46,669 nt of DNA from contig CAJKGV010000001.1 of assembly GCA_905199455.1 (NCBI GenBank), positions 1 through 46,669 on the forward strand. Direction: 5' to 3'. Below are positions 46,339-46,669 of the stretch, in pieces (the first letter of the stretch is position 1; each line of letters starts with the position of its first letter). The translations under genes and the position numbers were made by a program. Origin of the DNA: Collinsella aerofaciens (GTDB lineage: Bacteria; Actinomycetota; Coriobacteriia; Coriobacteriales; Coriobacteriaceae). The notes beneath the pieces were generated by a model. That model was not told where the DNA came from, did not search any database, and worked only from the letters and a program-made list of their open reading frames with translations.

Positions 46339-46669
46339 TGAACTGCACCCCAAAACTTGGACGGCTTAAATAAGAACTACGCCGCAAGGGACTGGCTCCG
46401 GAACTCCTCCGGGGTCAGTCCCTTCAGTTTAACCTGGCGCCTCCTCGTGTTCCAATGGACCACGAAGTCGTCGAGGTCCGCCTTGAAGGACTCGAAGTCC
46501 GGCCATGTCCTTCCCCGGAAGAACTCGTCCTTGATGTGGCCGAACACCTGCTCCGTCGCGCCGTTGTCGATGCAGTTGCCCTTCCGGGACATGCTCTGCA
46601 CCACGCCGGCCTCCTCCAACCGCCTGCACCAACCGGCCTGCTGGTACTGCCAGCCCATGTCCGAGTGCA
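46339..46669 (-). mobile_element. IS3-family (IS150-group-like) element, right end; truncated by the window edge
   Basis: Terminal repeat TGAACTGCACCCCAAAACTTGGAC starts at 46339, and the transposase C-terminus points toward it. Confidence 0.9.
46377..46669 (-). CDS. IS3-family transposase OrfB, C-terminal part (partial)
   Basis: HSDMGWQY, QSMSRKGNCIDN..TEQVFGHIKDE and WNTRR...LKGLTP, the DDE core. Confidence 0.92.
   Translation of the reverse strand, partial: HSDMGWQYQQAGWCRRLEEAGVVQSMSRKGNCIDNGATEQVFGHIKDEFFRGRTWPDFESFKADLDDFVVHWNTRRRQVKLKGLTPEEFRSQSLAA

Overview
High-GC chromosomal window, most likely from a gut Coriobacteriia such as Collinsella (inferred from gene content and codon style, not from a database match). 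Insertion sequences bound both ends. At the left, an IS110 element is interrupted by an IS21-like end; at the right is the end of an IS3/IS150-type element. Housekeeping content: an aconitase-family hydratase, clpB, an AAA_14/DUF4143 ATPase, a DUF5692-TetR-FeS flavo-oxidoreductase-hypA cluster, a mannose-type PTS operon, tRNA-Arg(CCT), a Ser/Thr signalling and cell-wall cluster (non-RD kinase, fhaA, fhaB, pstP, rodA-pbpA fusion, pknB), dnaX/ybaB/recR, a second kinase-FHA operon and pyruvate:ferredoxin oxidoreductase. The strongest signals are non-coding. (1) The IS110 left end carries a readable bridge RNA; its guides match the element's own junction and point to the GGGAC loop of a dispersed REP-like hairpin family as the target. 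(2) Between the hydratase and clpB, single membrane-protein genes are bounded by 35-bp palindromes, with an 'empty' and a 'filled' version of the same site side by side, resembling an integron-like cassette array with no recombinase in the window. (3) Arrays of inverted repeats have a fixed 25-nt spacer and an 80-81-nt period. (4) A sense/antisense tRNA-linked repeat follows tRNA-Arg. (5) A structured, possibly switching leader precedes the PFOR gene.
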